Below, one piece after another: positions 46,987 to 56,261 of a stretch of 64,000 bases of DNA. A model generated the notes under the pieces. It worked only from the letters and a program-made list of their open reading frames with translations, was not told the origin of the DNA and ran no database searches. Position 1 is the stretch's first letter. Each line of letters opens with the position of its first letter. Position numbers and translations under genes: made by a program. This DNA is from Fimbriimonas sp. (lineage in GTDB: Bacteria; Armatimonadota; Fimbriimonadia; Fimbriimonadales; Fimbriimonadaceae): contig JBGGMI010000238.1 of NCBI GenBank assembly GCA_041288075.1, positions 959 to 64,958 on the forward strand, read 5' to 3'.

Positions 46987-48165
46987 TTAAAGCGACTCGA
47001 TCAGGATCGCGGTGGCTTCTCCTCCGCCTATGCAGGGGCTACAGATGGCGTATTTGCCGCCTCTTCGCCGCAGCTCGTGCATGGCAGTGATGATCAGGCG
47101 GGCGCCGCTCATTCCGATTGGGTGGCCGAGGGCTACGGCTCCTCCGTTTACGTTCATCTTCTCGTGTGGGATGCCGACTTTCTTCATGACGGCCATTGCG
47201 ACGACGGAGAAGGCCTCGTTGATTTCGAAGAGGTCGATGTCGCTTACGGTTAGGTTGTGTTTATCAAGAAGGTTTTGGACGGCGAAGGCGGGGGCGGTGG
47301 TGAACCAGTTTGGTTCTTGAGCGTGAGTGGTGTAGCCGACGATTCGGGCGAGTGGCTTTGCGCCTCGGCGCTGGGCTTCGGACATGCTCGTGACGATGAG
47401 GGCGGCGGCTCCGTCGTCGAGTGAGCTTGCGTTGCCGGCGGTAGTGGCTCCGTCCTTGCTGAAGGCAGCTCTCAAGGTGCCCAGCTTGGAGGGGTTTCCT
47501 TTGCCGGGCTCCTCATCCTGGTCGACCATGATAGGGTCGCCTTTGCGTTGGGGGACGGCTACCGGGACGATCTCTTCGCTGTGGCGGAAGGCTTCCTGAG
47601 CGGCTAGGGCCCGCGTGTAGCTTTCGACGGCGTAAGCGTCGATGGCTTCTCTCGTGAACTCCAGCTCAGTAGCGGTCGCGTCTCCGCAGGAGCCCATGTG
47701 GCAGTTGCCGTAGGGGTCCCATAGGCCGTCGTGGATCATGGTATCGATGAGGGTGCCGTTGCCCATTCGGTAGCCGGTCCTGGCCTTTTCGAGGGCGTAG
47801 GGGGCATTGCTCATGGACTCCATTCCGCCGGCGAGCACGACTTTCGAGTCGCCGAGCTTGATGGCCTGGGCGGCGAGCATAACGGCCTTCATTCCGGAGC
47901 CGCAGACTTTGTTGATGGTGAGGGCGGGGACGGAATTCGGGATGCCTGCGTAGATGGCGGCTTGTCGGGCGGGGGCTTGGCCGACGGCGGCGGTGAGAAC
48001 CTGCCCCATGATCACCTCGTCGATCTCGGCAGGATCGATGCCGGATCGCTCCACTGCGGCCTTGATCGCTACAGCACCGAGCTGGGGAGCGGTGAGGGAG
48101 GAGAGTGAGCCTAGAAAGGCACCGATCGGCGTTCGGACGCCTGAGAGAATGACTGCTTCTTCCAT
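46987..48165 (-). CDS. atoB: Acetyl-CoA C-acetyltransferase (thiolase)
   Basis: RTPIG, INKVCGSG (catalytic Cys), GGMESMS, TAGNAS, NGGAVALGHPIG, CIGGGE. Confidence 0.93.
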   Translation of the reverse strand: MEEAVILSGVRTPIGAFLGSLSSLTAPQLGAVAIKAAVERSGIDPAEIDEVIMGQVLTAAVGQAPARQAAIYAGIPNSVPALTINKVCGSGMKAVMLAAQAIKLGDSKVVLAGGMESMSNAPYALEKARTGYRMGNGTLIDTMIHDGLWDPYGNCHMGSCGDATATELEFTREAIDAYAVESYTRALAAQEAFRHSEEIVPVAVPQRKGDPIMVDQDEEPGKGNPSKLGTLRAAFSKDGATTAGNASSLDDGAAALIVTSMSEAQRRGAKPLARIVGYTTHAQEPNWFTTAPAFAVQNLLDKHNLTVSDIDLFEINEAFSVVAMAVMKKVGIPHEKMNVNGGAVALGHPIGMSGARLIITAMHELRRRGGKYAICSPCIGGGEATAILIESL

Positions 48166-48240
48166 AGGAATTGTATGGCCCAGGGTACCCGCGGGTCTGG
48201 GATGATTGGGGTGATGGGGTGACGGGGGTGAATGGGGTGA

Positions 48241-49485
48241 TTAGGTGGCTATGTCGGTCCGGTAAAAAGCGCCCCCGAAGGTGATTGCTTTCGCGCCCTC
48301 ATAGGCCAGGGTCCTTGCCTCCTCGAGCGTGTTGGCTTCCGCGGAGACGCAGATGACTCGGCCTCCGTTTGTCACGAGCTGTCCCTCTTTCATCGCCGTT
48401 CCTGCGTGGAAGAGTTTGACTCCCTTTGGTAATTGGCCAATGGCGATTGGGAGGCCCTTCTGGTAGTTGCCAGGATAGCCGCCGCTGGCGATCATTACGG
48501 AAACCACCGCGTTGGGCTTGATCTCCGCGGCTTGGATGCGCTCTCCGCTTGCGGCCTGAAGCAGAGCTCGCGCGAGACCGTTGCCTACGCGGAGCATGAG
48601 AGACTCGGTTTCGGGGTCGCCGAAGCGGACGTTGTATTCGAGGCAGTGGGCGGTGCCGGCGTCCATCATCAGTCCGGAGAAGAGGGTGCCGCGGTAGGGG
48701 ATGCCTCTCGAGCTCAGCTCCTCGATAACGGGGCCGACGACCCTTTCTTCTACCCGCTGCACGAAGCTTGGTTCGAGCCATTCGACCGGGGTGTGCGAGC
48801 CCATGCCGCCGGTGTTCGGCCCTTGATCCCCGTTAAAGACGCGCTTGTAGTCTTGCGCAACCGGAAGGCTGATGTAGTTGTGGTCGCCGACGATGGTGAT
48901 CAGGCTGAACTCCGGGCCTTCGAGGCGGTCTTCGATGACGATGACCTCGCCGGCGGGGCCGAACTCTTTGGCGACGAGCATCTTCTCGATGGCGGCGTCG
49001 GCTTCCTCGATGGTTCCGCAGACGATGACACCCTTGCCGAGCGCGTTGCCACTGGCTTTGACCGCCACGCCGCTGCGCTTCTCGAATCTTTCGCGCGAAT
49101 ATGCTTTAGCTTTGTCGGCGTTCACAAAGGACTCGAACTCGGCAGTTGGGACGACCGCATCGCGCATGACCGCTTTCGAGAACGCCTTGGAGCCTTCGAG
49201 CTGGGCGGCGGCGGCAATTGGACCGTAGACGAGGATTCCTTCGCGCATCAGCGCGTCGGCGAGGCCGTCGATGAGCGGGTCTTCGGGGCCGACGACGACG
49301 AGGTCGATGTCGCGCTCGCGGCAAAGGTCGATGAGGCCCTCTACGTCCTTGACGGCGACGCTAACGCACTCGCAGTCTTCCGCGATTCCCGGGTTGCCTG
49401 GCGCGACAATCACTTCGGCTTCTTGGGCCAGCTTCCAGGCCAACGCATGCTCTCGGGCACCGTAGCCGACTACGAGGATTCGCAT
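48241..49485 (-). CDS. purD: Phosphoribosylamine--glycine ligase
   Basis: GAREHALAWKL, APGNPG, VGPEDPL, LEGSKAFSK, QDYKR..GDQGPNTGGMG, EYNVRFGDPE, TNGGRV, YRTDIA. Confidence 0.97.
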   Translation of the reverse strand: MRILVVGYGAREHALAWKLAQEAEVIVAPGNPGIAEDCECVSVAVKDVEGLIDLCRERDIDLVVVGPEDPLIDGLADALMREGILVYGPIAAAAQLEGSKAFSKAVMRDAVVPTAEFESFVNADKAKAYSRERFEKRSGVAVKASGNALGKGVIVCGTIEEADAAIEKMLVAKEFGPAGEVIVIEDRLEGPEFSLITIVGDHNYISLPVAQDYKRVFNGDQGPNTGGMGSHTPVEWLEPSFVQRVEERVVGPVIEELSSRGIPYRGTLFSGLMMDAGTAHCLEYNVRFGDPETESLMLRVGNGLARALLQAASGERIQAAEIKPNAVVSVMIASGGYPGNYQKGLPIAIGQLPKGVKLFHAGTAMKEGQLVTNGGRVICVSAEANTLEEARTLAYEGAKAITFGGAFYRTDIAT

Positions 49486-49511
49486 TGGAGAGAGGTTACT
49501 TGAGGAATGCT

Positions 49512-50045
49512 GTGGGTGTGGACACGCTCATCGAGACGATCCGGCAACTTCCGCCATCCGCCGGTAACACCGTGGTGGTCGCGATAGATGGCTGCGGCGG
49601 CGCGGGCAAGTCGACTTTGGCGGCGAAGCTGGCGAGTGCATTCGCGGATTCTGCCATCGTACACACAGACGATTTTGCGAGTTGGGACAACCCGGTCGAT
49701 TGGTGGCCACGGCTTTTGGAGCAGGTGTTGGTGCCGCTTTCGCGAGGGGAGCGGGGGCACTACCAGCGTTATGACTGGACGGAGAGACGGCTGGCGGAAT
49801 GGCACGATGTGAGCGCAAAGCTCGTGATTTTGGAGGGCGTGACTGCGACGCGGGAGGAGTTCAGGCGTTTTTTGGCATTCAAGATCTGGGTCGATTGCCC
49901 GCGCGAGCTGCGGCTTCAGCGAGGATTAGAGAGAGATGGCACTGGTGCTGAGGGACTTTGGCAGGACTGGATGGCAGCGGAGGATCAGTATTGCCTTGCG
50001 CAGCAGCCGCGGGAGCGCGCGGATTTGGTTTTGGAGGGTTGGTAG
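49512..50045 (+). CDS. Uridine kinase-like P-loop NTPase
   Basis: VAIDGCGGAGKSTLA, HTDDF, YQRYDW, ILEGV, RLQRGLERDG; start GTG 49512 or 49518. Confidence 0.8.
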   Translation: MGVDTLIETIRQLPPSAGNTVVVAIDGCGGAGKSTLAAKLASAFADSAIVHTDDFASWDNPVDWWPRLLEQVLVPLSRGERGHYQRYDWTERRLAEWHDVSAKLVILEGVTATREEFRRFLAFKIWVDCPRELRLQRGLERDGTGAEGLWQDWMAAEDQYCLAQQPRERADLVLEGW

Positions 50046-50113
50046 GGTTCGGTAGAATTCGAGCGGCAACGGCGCCGGAGGAGATGCCTCCTCGGAAGGA
50101 GGCACTACAGGGT

Positions 50114-51010
50114 ATGAGCTTGTTCGTTGGACTCGATTGCGGCGGTTCGTCGAGCCGGGTCTTGGCGGTGGATGATGATGGGAATGTCGTCTTTCAGGGG
50201 CAATCTGGGGCGGCGAATTTGGCTAGCACTCCTGAGGGAAAGCTTCGACGAAACTTGCTTCACGCGACTGAAGGATGCCCCGCGCCGGATTATGCTTGCG
50301 GCTGTTTCGCCGGCCTCGTTAGCGAGGACCTGCGGCGGCGAGGTGAGGAGCTTATGCGCCAGATCTTTCCGAAGGCGCATGTGCGTGCGGAGCCGGATTA
50401 TACGGCGGCACTCTTCGCGTCGCCTCCCGGAACGGACATTTGCGTGATTGCGGGAACGGGATCACTTATTTGCTCTCGCGTGGACGGGAAGATTGTAAAA
50501 AGTGGCGGGCGGGGATTTATTCTCGGAGATTTTGGGTCCGGATACCACTACGGGCGCGATGCTGTGCTGCACTATTTGGACAACCAGGAGCGCAGTTCGG
50601 CCAGCCTGGTAGAGGCGATTAGCGAAGTTTTCGGATCGTTGGACGAAGGCTCGATCGTCGGACAGATTTACCGGGCGGGCAGCCCGGCGGCGACGTTGGG
50701 CAAGATGGCAAAGGCTTTAGCATCGGATGCAAAGGCGGGCGAGCCTTATGCGCTGGCGAGCGTGGAGACGAATACGCTGAAGCTCGCGGGGATCGTAGCC
50801 GCACATGCGATGAACTATCACGCCAATCAGCCAGAACTGTCCATCGGGTTGACGGGAGGCGTATGGAAGTCTGCGACGATCATTCGCGAGCGATTCGAGG
50901 TTCACTTGCGGCAGCTTTTACCCGCGCAAGAGATTCGGGTCCAGCGGGTGAACCGGCCGCCACTCTACGGCGCGGTAGAGCTTGCAAAGGAGATGAGCCA
51001 TCGCAACTGA
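50114..51010 (+). CDS. BadF/BadG/BcrA/BcrD family sugar kinase (GlcNAc/MurNAc kinase-like)
   Basis: VGLDCGGSSS, IAGTGS, GGRGFILGDFGSG, LTGGVW; directly upstream of murQ. Confidence 0.85.
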   Translation: MSLFVGLDCGGSSSRVLAVDDDGNVVFQGQSGAANLASTPEGKLRRNLLHATEGCPAPDYACGCFAGLVSEDLRRRGEELMRQIFPKAHVRAEPDYTAALFASPPGTDICVIAGTGSLICSRVDGKIVKSGGRGFILGDFGSGYHYGRDAVLHYLDNQERSSASLVEAISEVFGSLDEGSIVGQIYRAGSPAATLGKMAKALASDAKAGEPYALASVETNTLKLAGIVAAHAMNYHANQPELSIGLTGGVWKSATIIRERFEVHLRQLLPAQEIRVQRVNRPPLYGAVELAKEMSHRN

Positions 51011-51821
51011 AGCCAGAAACCCTCGTTCTTACGGATTGGACAAGATGTCGGCGCGAGAAATCGTGCGGCTGATGAACGAAGAAGAGTCGGGAGTGATGCG
51101 GGCGCTGCAGCAGGCCGAGGAGCCCTTGGCAATTGCCGCGGAGCAGGCCGCAAAGGCGCTTGGAGCGGGCGGGCGCGTGATCTACGTCGGCGCGGGCACG
51201 AGTGGACGCGTGGCTACGGCGGACGCGGCGGAGATGCCTCCGACTTTTGGCATCGAGGCAAACAGGTTTATCGCGATCATCGCAGGCGGCAACGCGGCGG
51301 GTGAGCAGGCGATCGAGGATGCGGAAGACGACATTCACGCGAGCATCTCCGCGCTTAACGATCTGCAGCTCTCGCGCGACGATGTGGTGATCGGCATCGC
51401 GGCAAGCGGCAGCACTCCGTTTGTAGTTTCGGCAGTTCGGCATGCGCGGCAGAAGGGAGTTTGGACGTGCGGGATCGCCAACAATCGCGGCTCGGCGCTC
51501 CTCGAGGCGGCGGATCATCCGATTCTGCTCGACACCGGCCCCGAAATCCTTACGGGATCGACGCGGCTGAAGGCGGGCACTTCGCAAAAGCTGGCCCTCA
51601 ACCGCATTAGCACGGCGGCGATGGTGCTGAACGGCAAGGTGGTCGAGAACCTGATGGTGGACGTGAAGGCAAAGAACCAGAAGCTGAAGGAGCGATGTGC
51701 TCGCATCGTTTGCGAGCTTGTGCCGATTACGCGGGACGACGCATGGCGGCACCTTGAAACGCACGATTGGAGCATTCGACGCGTCCTGGACCACTTGCGG
51801 CTACACTCTGCTTCCAAGTAG
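51000..51821 (+). CDS. murQ: N-acetylmuramic acid 6-phosphate etherase; probable near-cognate start at ATC 51000
   Basis: TEARNPRS..LD.MS, GAGTSGR, DAAEMPPTFG, EDAED, GIAASGSTP, TGPEILTGSTRLKAGTSQK, NLMVDV...NQKL. Confidence 0.93.
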   Translation: MATEARNPRSYGLDKMSAREIVRLMNEEESGVMRALQQAEEPLAIAAEQAAKALGAGGRVIYVGAGTSGRVATADAAEMPPTFGIEANRFIAIIAGGNAAGEQAIEDAEDDIHASISALNDLQLSRDDVVIGIAASGSTPFVVSAVRHARQKGVWTCGIANNRGSALLEAADHPILLDTGPEILTGSTRLKAGTSQKLALNRISTAAMVLNGKVVENLMVDVKAKNQKLKERCARIVCELVPITRDDAWRHLETHDWSIRRVLDHLRLHSASK

Positions 51822-51823
51822 CC

Positions 51824-52393
51824 ATGCAGTTTCCGTCGACCTTCCTCCGCCCCAAGAAGCGTGTGCAGCGCGAAATCGAGGGGGTGATTCAGGAGCTGCG
51901 TCGGAACGCTCGGAATGGGCTGCACCTCGGGTGCGGCGGGGATATCGTCGAGGGGCTGATCAACTGCGATGCGTTTCACCCGGCGGCGGATCGGAAGATC
52001 GGGGCGACCGACCTGAGCGAATTCCCCGATGGCTCGGTCGACTACATCGAGTCGCACCATATGATCGAGCACCTTTCGTTCGCGGAGGCGGAGCTGGCAT
52101 TTCGGGAGTGGGCGCGGGCTTTGAAAGCTGGTTCTTATGTGGTTGTTACGTGCCCCGACTTCGAGGGGCTCGTTAAGCGCTGGCGCCACTCTTCGGACGA
52201 GGAGAATTGGCGGAGTACGGTGAAGATGATCTACGGCTCGCAGGAGCACGAGGGGATGTTTCACAAGAGCGGCTACAGTGCCGCGAGCTTGAAGAAGCGG
52301 TTCGACCAGGCGGGGTTAAGGACGGTGTTCATTTACACCCCTTATCCCCGCCGTCCGACGCCTTCGTTATGCGTGATCGCGCAGAAGCCTTAG
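51824..52393 (+). CDS. Class I SAM-dependent methyltransferase
   Basis: LHLGCG, INCD, HMIEHL, WARALKAGSYVVVTCPD, HKSGY; start re-placed at ATG 51824. Confidence 0.8.
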   Translation: MQFPSTFLRPKKRVQREIEGVIQELRRNARNGLHLGCGGDIVEGLINCDAFHPAADRKIGATDLSEFPDGSVDYIESHHMIEHLSFAEAELAFREWARALKAGSYVVVTCPDFEGLVKRWRHSSDEENWRSTVKMIYGSQEHEGMFHKSGYSAASLKKRFDQAGLRTVFIYTPYPRRPTPSLCVIAQKP

Positions 52394-53160
52394 CCCTCCA
52401 TGGGTGGTACCACCGGTTGCGTAGTCTGGGTTGGCCAGAAGTAGTGGTAGTGCAGGGTCGTCGCTACGATCCATACGGGAAGCGTGATGAGCATGCCTAC
52501 GCAGCACATGGCGATGCCCAGCAGCGCTAGCGCGATAAGTGCGACCACGGCGAAGAGGCCGAGCATCCAAGCCTGACCTCCGAGCACTCTCACGCTCTCT
52601 TTGATTGCAGCGATGGGCCCGAGTCCGCGATCCATGATGAGCAAAAAACAGGGCGTGCAGATGCCGATGGCGAAGAAGGCTGGAAAGCCACAAAGCAGGC
52701 ACGCGATCGAAACCAACAGGTTGTAGAGCAGTCCGAAACCCGCAAGCGACACGAAGTGCGAAAAACCTCTAAACACGTTTCCGATTTCGAGCGGCTCTCC
52801 TCTGATTTGCTTGAGGGCCGCGTAGTAAATGCCCGCATACGCCGGGAACGCTAGGCAGTGGCCGATAGTGACGATGAAGTTGGCAAATGCGAAGGGTCCT
52901 GGATTGATGGGTTGGCCGAAGATCCACTGTCCGCCAGGAACGAAGGCGGAGACTACGTGAAACGGAGCAGCAATGAGAATGCCCACGATGCCGGATAGCA
53001 GGAACATGGCGATCCAGGTGCCGAGGTCTCGTTTGACCAACTCCCATGCATCGGCGATCGCGTCGAAGTAGACGCCCGGTGGCCGATCGAACTCACCGGA
53101 AGGCTGAAAGTTGCTTCGCGGGTATTGAACGTAGGGGGGTGGTTGCTCGAATTCGGACAC
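52390..53160 (-). CDS. Hypothetical multi-pass membrane protein with Pro-rich N-terminus
   Basis: PPPY..YP N-terminus, AWELVK, four hydrophobic segments, LCCVG-like motif. Confidence 0.65.
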   Translation of the reverse strand: MSEFEQPPPYVQYPRSNFQPSGEFDRPPGVYFDAIADAWELVKRDLGTWIAMFLLSGIVGILIAAPFHVVSAFVPGGQWIFGQPINPGPFAFANFIVTIGHCLAFPAYAGIYYAALKQIRGEPLEIGNVFRGFSHFVSLAGFGLLYNLLVSIACLLCGFPAFFAIGICTPCFLLIMDRGLGPIAAIKESVRVLGGQAWMLGLFAVVALIALALLGIAMCCVGMLITLPVWIVATTLHYHYFWPTQTTQPVVPPMEG

Positions 53161-53235
53161 ACCCTCGTTCTAACACAATTCTTTTGAAGTCTGCCACTTG
53201 CGGCTGAAGTTGGGCTCTCAGGAGCCATGAGTGAC

Positions 53236-53447
53236 GCATTCGTCCCCATATCCCGCCTATATCCGTCCCTTGGGGGATTGGGTTTCGTTTCGGGACGGAT
53301 GATGAAAAGGAGAGCGCACATCTTATAGGTGTTCAGAAACCATTTTGTCAACCAGTCTTGTTGAAAAAAGTCTCCACCAACCCGAATAAACCTGGACTCT
53401 AAGTTGGGGCACCATTTGTACGCGGGCACAAGCCATCCGCGACTACA
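53236..53447. repeat. Composite intergenic repeat, copy B
   Basis: 66-bp hairpin (atccgtccc/gggacggat), TTTTGTCAAC-N7-GTTGAAAAAA, REP at 53420-53447; collinear with 10106-10346. Confidence 0.7.
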
Positions 53448-54654
53448 GCTCCTGATCCTTAGTTACGACCTCCCGCTGGGGGGTGGCCGGCACCAATACT
53501 GCGGCCCAGACGCATACGAAGGCAGCGGCGACGTAGGGGAGCCAGGGCTTGAAGTCGTAGAGGATGCCTCCCATGAGGGGGCCGGCGAGGAAGCCTACGG
53601 AGCGAGCGCTTTGCAGGACGCCGAAAAGCTCGCCCTGCCGGTCTTGTGGAGCGAGGTGGCTGCACGCGGAATTCACGGTTGGGTTGGCGAGGGCCGATCC
53701 GAGGGCGAATAGCGTGCTGGCGACGAACAGGGCGGCAAGGGGGATCACGAAGTTGGATACGAGAACGGCGGCAGGCGTGAGCCCCAGTCCGAGGCCCTGC
53801 AAGAGATAGGCGATGCGCAGCAACGGGGTTTCGCCCACGCGCTTTCGGATCACGCCCAACAGAACGGCTTGGACAATGACCGCGATCAAGGATTCGTATG
53901 CGAAGAGCATTCCGAAATGCCGCTGATCATAAGAGAAGAGATCTTTCAGTAGACGGGCAAAGGTGCCTTCCAACATGGCCAACGAGAACCAGGAGACGGC
54001 GGCGATCGCCACGAGTCGGCGCAGCCTTGGAAACTCCTTCACAAGTCGTAGATCAATCAGCGGAGGCTTGCCCAAATCGACCGGTTCGCCGCGACGGGAT
54101 GTCTTTAAGAATGCAGCCAGGAGGACCGCGCCGGTTAGCGATGCGCACCCCGCGACGAGGCCAACGAGGTGATTTGTCCCCGCCACGGCCAGTATGCCCC
54201 CCATCACGGGACCGAGGATGAGGCCGGCTGAGATGGCCGCGCCGAGCCTACCCATCGCCGCAGTCCGGTGCTCCTCGTCGAGGTGATCAGACACGACTGC
54301 CTGCGCCACCGCCACATTCGCACCGCCTAATCCGGCCAAGATGCGGCTTACGAGCAGCCAGGTGACACCTTGCGCGGCGGCGAAGACGAACATCGCGGCG
54401 GCGGACAGGAGCGTGCAAAGGACGATGACCGGCTTTCGCCCGATGCGGTCGCTTGCCACACCCCACCTGGGGGACATCAGCACTTGTGCAACGAAGGTGC
54501 TTGCGAGCAGAGCTCCGATGACGGCACCCGTGGGCCAGCCGCGAGGCATGAGCTTGTCAGCCCGAAGCTGGAAGTCGGCGATGATCATGCCGAAGCCGAG
54601 GAGATCGAGAAAGATGGCCACAAGCAGCGGCGCCTCAATCCTCCAGCGGGGCAT
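53443..54654 (-). CDS. MFS transporter (DHA1/TetA-like)
   Basis: Motif A G..SDRIGRKP, SRILAGLGG, GLILGPVMGG, QGELFG...ARSVG; about 12 TM helices. Confidence 0.88.
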   Translation of the reverse strand: MPRWRIEAPLLVAIFLDLLGFGMIIADFQLRADKLMPRGWPTGAVIGALLASTFVAQVLMSPRWGVASDRIGRKPVIVLCTLLSAAAMFVFAAAQGVTWLLVSRILAGLGGANVAVAQAVVSDHLDEEHRTAAMGRLGAAISAGLILGPVMGGILAVAGTNHLVGLVAGCASLTGAVLLAAFLKTSRRGEPVDLGKPPLIDLRLVKEFPRLRRLVAIAAVSWFSLAMLEGTFARLLKDLFSYDQRHFGMLFAYESLIAVIVQAVLLGVIRKRVGETPLLRIAYLLQGLGLGLTPAAVLVSNFVIPLAALFVASTLFALGSALANPTVNSACSHLAPQDRQGELFGVLQSARSVGFLAGPLMGGILYDFKPWLPYVAAAFVCVWAAVLVPATPQREVVTKDQEL

Positions 54655-54823
54655 GGGGGGAGTCTACTTGAGGGGCGGAGGATGGGAGGGCCGGAGGACC
54701 GGAGGACCGGAAGATCGAAGGCAAGCTGGTATTTTTACTAGTGCAACGTTGCGAACCCACGAGGGCTGGTTTGAGTCTGGAAGTTCAAGAGTTCAGATTC
54801 AAAAAGATGGAGCTCCCGGAGAA

Positions 54824-55246
54824 ATGATCGTGAAGAATCGCCCTTATCAACTTCCCTCATCTGGCTTCACCTTGGTCGAATTGCTCGTGGTGATCCTGAT
54901 CCTCGGCATTCTCACGGCCATTGCCCTGCCTTCGTACCTCAGCTCCGTCCAGACTTCGAAGCTGGCTACTGGGACCGCAAACGCCCGCGCCATAGCCGCC
55001 GCCGTCAACTCCGAATACGTGAGGCGTGGAGGCGTGACTTACAACCGCTACACGACCACTGGCATCGAGAACCACAAGAACATCATGGCGGACCTAAGCG
55101 GCGAGATTCCGAGCAATCCTTGCAGCGAGAGCCTGGGAGTCGAAGGCTATAACATCGACGCGTCGCAGAGCAGGTGGACGATCTCCGCCAAGACCGATCT
55201 CTGCCCGAATGCCGGCGATGCTCCAGTGATCAAGCTCGGTAAGTAA
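54824..55246 (+). CDS. Type IV pilin-like protein
   Basis: SG|FTLVELLVVILILGILTAIALPSY; C-terminal Cys pair; start ATG 54824 after GGAG. Confidence 0.85.
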   Translation: MIVKNRPYQLPSSGFTLVELLVVILILGILTAIALPSYLSSVQTSKLATGTANARAIAAAVNSEYVRRGGVTYNRYTTTGIENHKNIMADLSGEIPSNPCSESLGVEGYNIDASQSRWTISAKTDLCPNAGDAPVIKLGK

Positions 55247-56233
55247 TCAGTGGCCGTCCGGATGCGTTTCGTGCCAGTGCCAGGCGTGCTGCACGATTGT
55301 GGGCAGGTCTGCATATCGCGGCTCCCAGCCCCAATCCTCGCGAATCTTGTTCGAGCTGGCAATGAGCCTTGCAGGATCGCCGGCTCGCCGAGGGCCTTCT
55401 TCGAAGGGGACGTTCTTGCCGGCCACTTCCTGAACGGTATCGATCACCTGTTTCACGCTGAACCCCTTGCCATTGCCGAGGTTGTACTGCCGCGAGTCGC
55501 CTCCGTCTCGCAGATGCCGAACGGCCAGGAGGTGGGCCTGCGCTAAGTCGAGGATGTGGATGTAGTCACGCACGCAGGTCCCGTCGGGGGTGTCGTAGTC
55601 GGCTCCGAAAACTTTTAGGGCTGGGACCTTGCCTTGTGCTGCCCAGATCGCTAGGGGGATGAGGTGTGTTTCGGGGTCGTGATCTTCGCCGATCCTCGCC
55701 TGAGGGTCGGCGCCGGCTGCGTTGAAGTAGCGAAGGCACACGCTCTTCGTGCCGTGGGCAACGTCGAACGCCTTCAGAATGCGCTCGACGAAGAGCTTGC
55801 TGTCGCCGTATGGGCTGGTCGGGTTTTTCGGGTGCTCCTCATCGATTGGGACGTACTGCGGCTCTCCGAAGATCGCGGCGGTGGAGCTGAAAACGAACTT
55901 GGACACATTAAACTCCCGCATGATCTCCAGGAGCTGGAGCACGGCGGCGGTGTTGTTGGTGAAGTATTTGCCGGGGTTCTGAACGCTCTCCCCGACCGCG
56001 ATGTAGGCGGCGAAGTGCATCACGACGTCAATGCCGGGGTTCTCTCGGAAGACCCGTCGAAGGTCGTCGGGGTTTCTCAAGTCGCCGACGAACAAGGGGC
56101 TGTCCTGCACCGCTTCCCGGTGCCCCTGCTCCAGGTTGTCGAACACCAGATGCTTCTCGCGTTCCTCGCGAAGCAATTGCAGCATATGCGAGCCAATATA
56201 GCCCGCTCCCCCCAAAACCAGAATCTCTCCCAT
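55247..56233 (-). CDS. galE: UDP-glucose 4-epimerase
   Basis: LVLGGAGYIGSH, HFAAYIAVGESV, FSSTAA, YGDSK, RYFNAAGA, TPDGTCVRDYIH. Confidence 0.95.
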   Translation of the reverse strand: MGEILVLGGAGYIGSHMLQLLREEREKHLVFDNLEQGHREAVQDSPLFVGDLRNPDDLRRVFRENPGIDVVMHFAAYIAVGESVQNPGKYFTNNTAAVLQLLEIMREFNVSKFVFSSTAAIFGEPQYVPIDEEHPKNPTSPYGDSKLFVERILKAFDVAHGTKSVCLRYFNAAGADPQARIGEDHDPETHLIPLAIWAAQGKVPALKVFGADYDTPDGTCVRDYIHILDLAQAHLLAVRHLRDGGDSRQYNLGNGKGFSVKQVIDTVQEVAGKNVPFEEGPRRAGDPARLIASSNKIREDWGWEPRYADLPTIVQHAWHWHETHPDGH

Positions 56234-56261
56234 CGAGGCTAGAGGTTACCGTCCGGGTTTC

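Noticed and set aside
25139-52393. Short 3'-3' overlaps of convergent genes (25139-25170, 42768-42802, 52390-52393)
   Set aside because: Common in compact genomes; no additional signal seen
53195-53226. GCTGAAG...CTCTCAGG glycine-riboswitch-like words
   Set aside because: No GGAGAG-containing P1/P2 and no downstream gene on that strand
53443-54654. MFS gene as a tetracycline-resistance determinant
   Set aside because: DHA1-like motifs do not establish substrate; no tetR or mobile context
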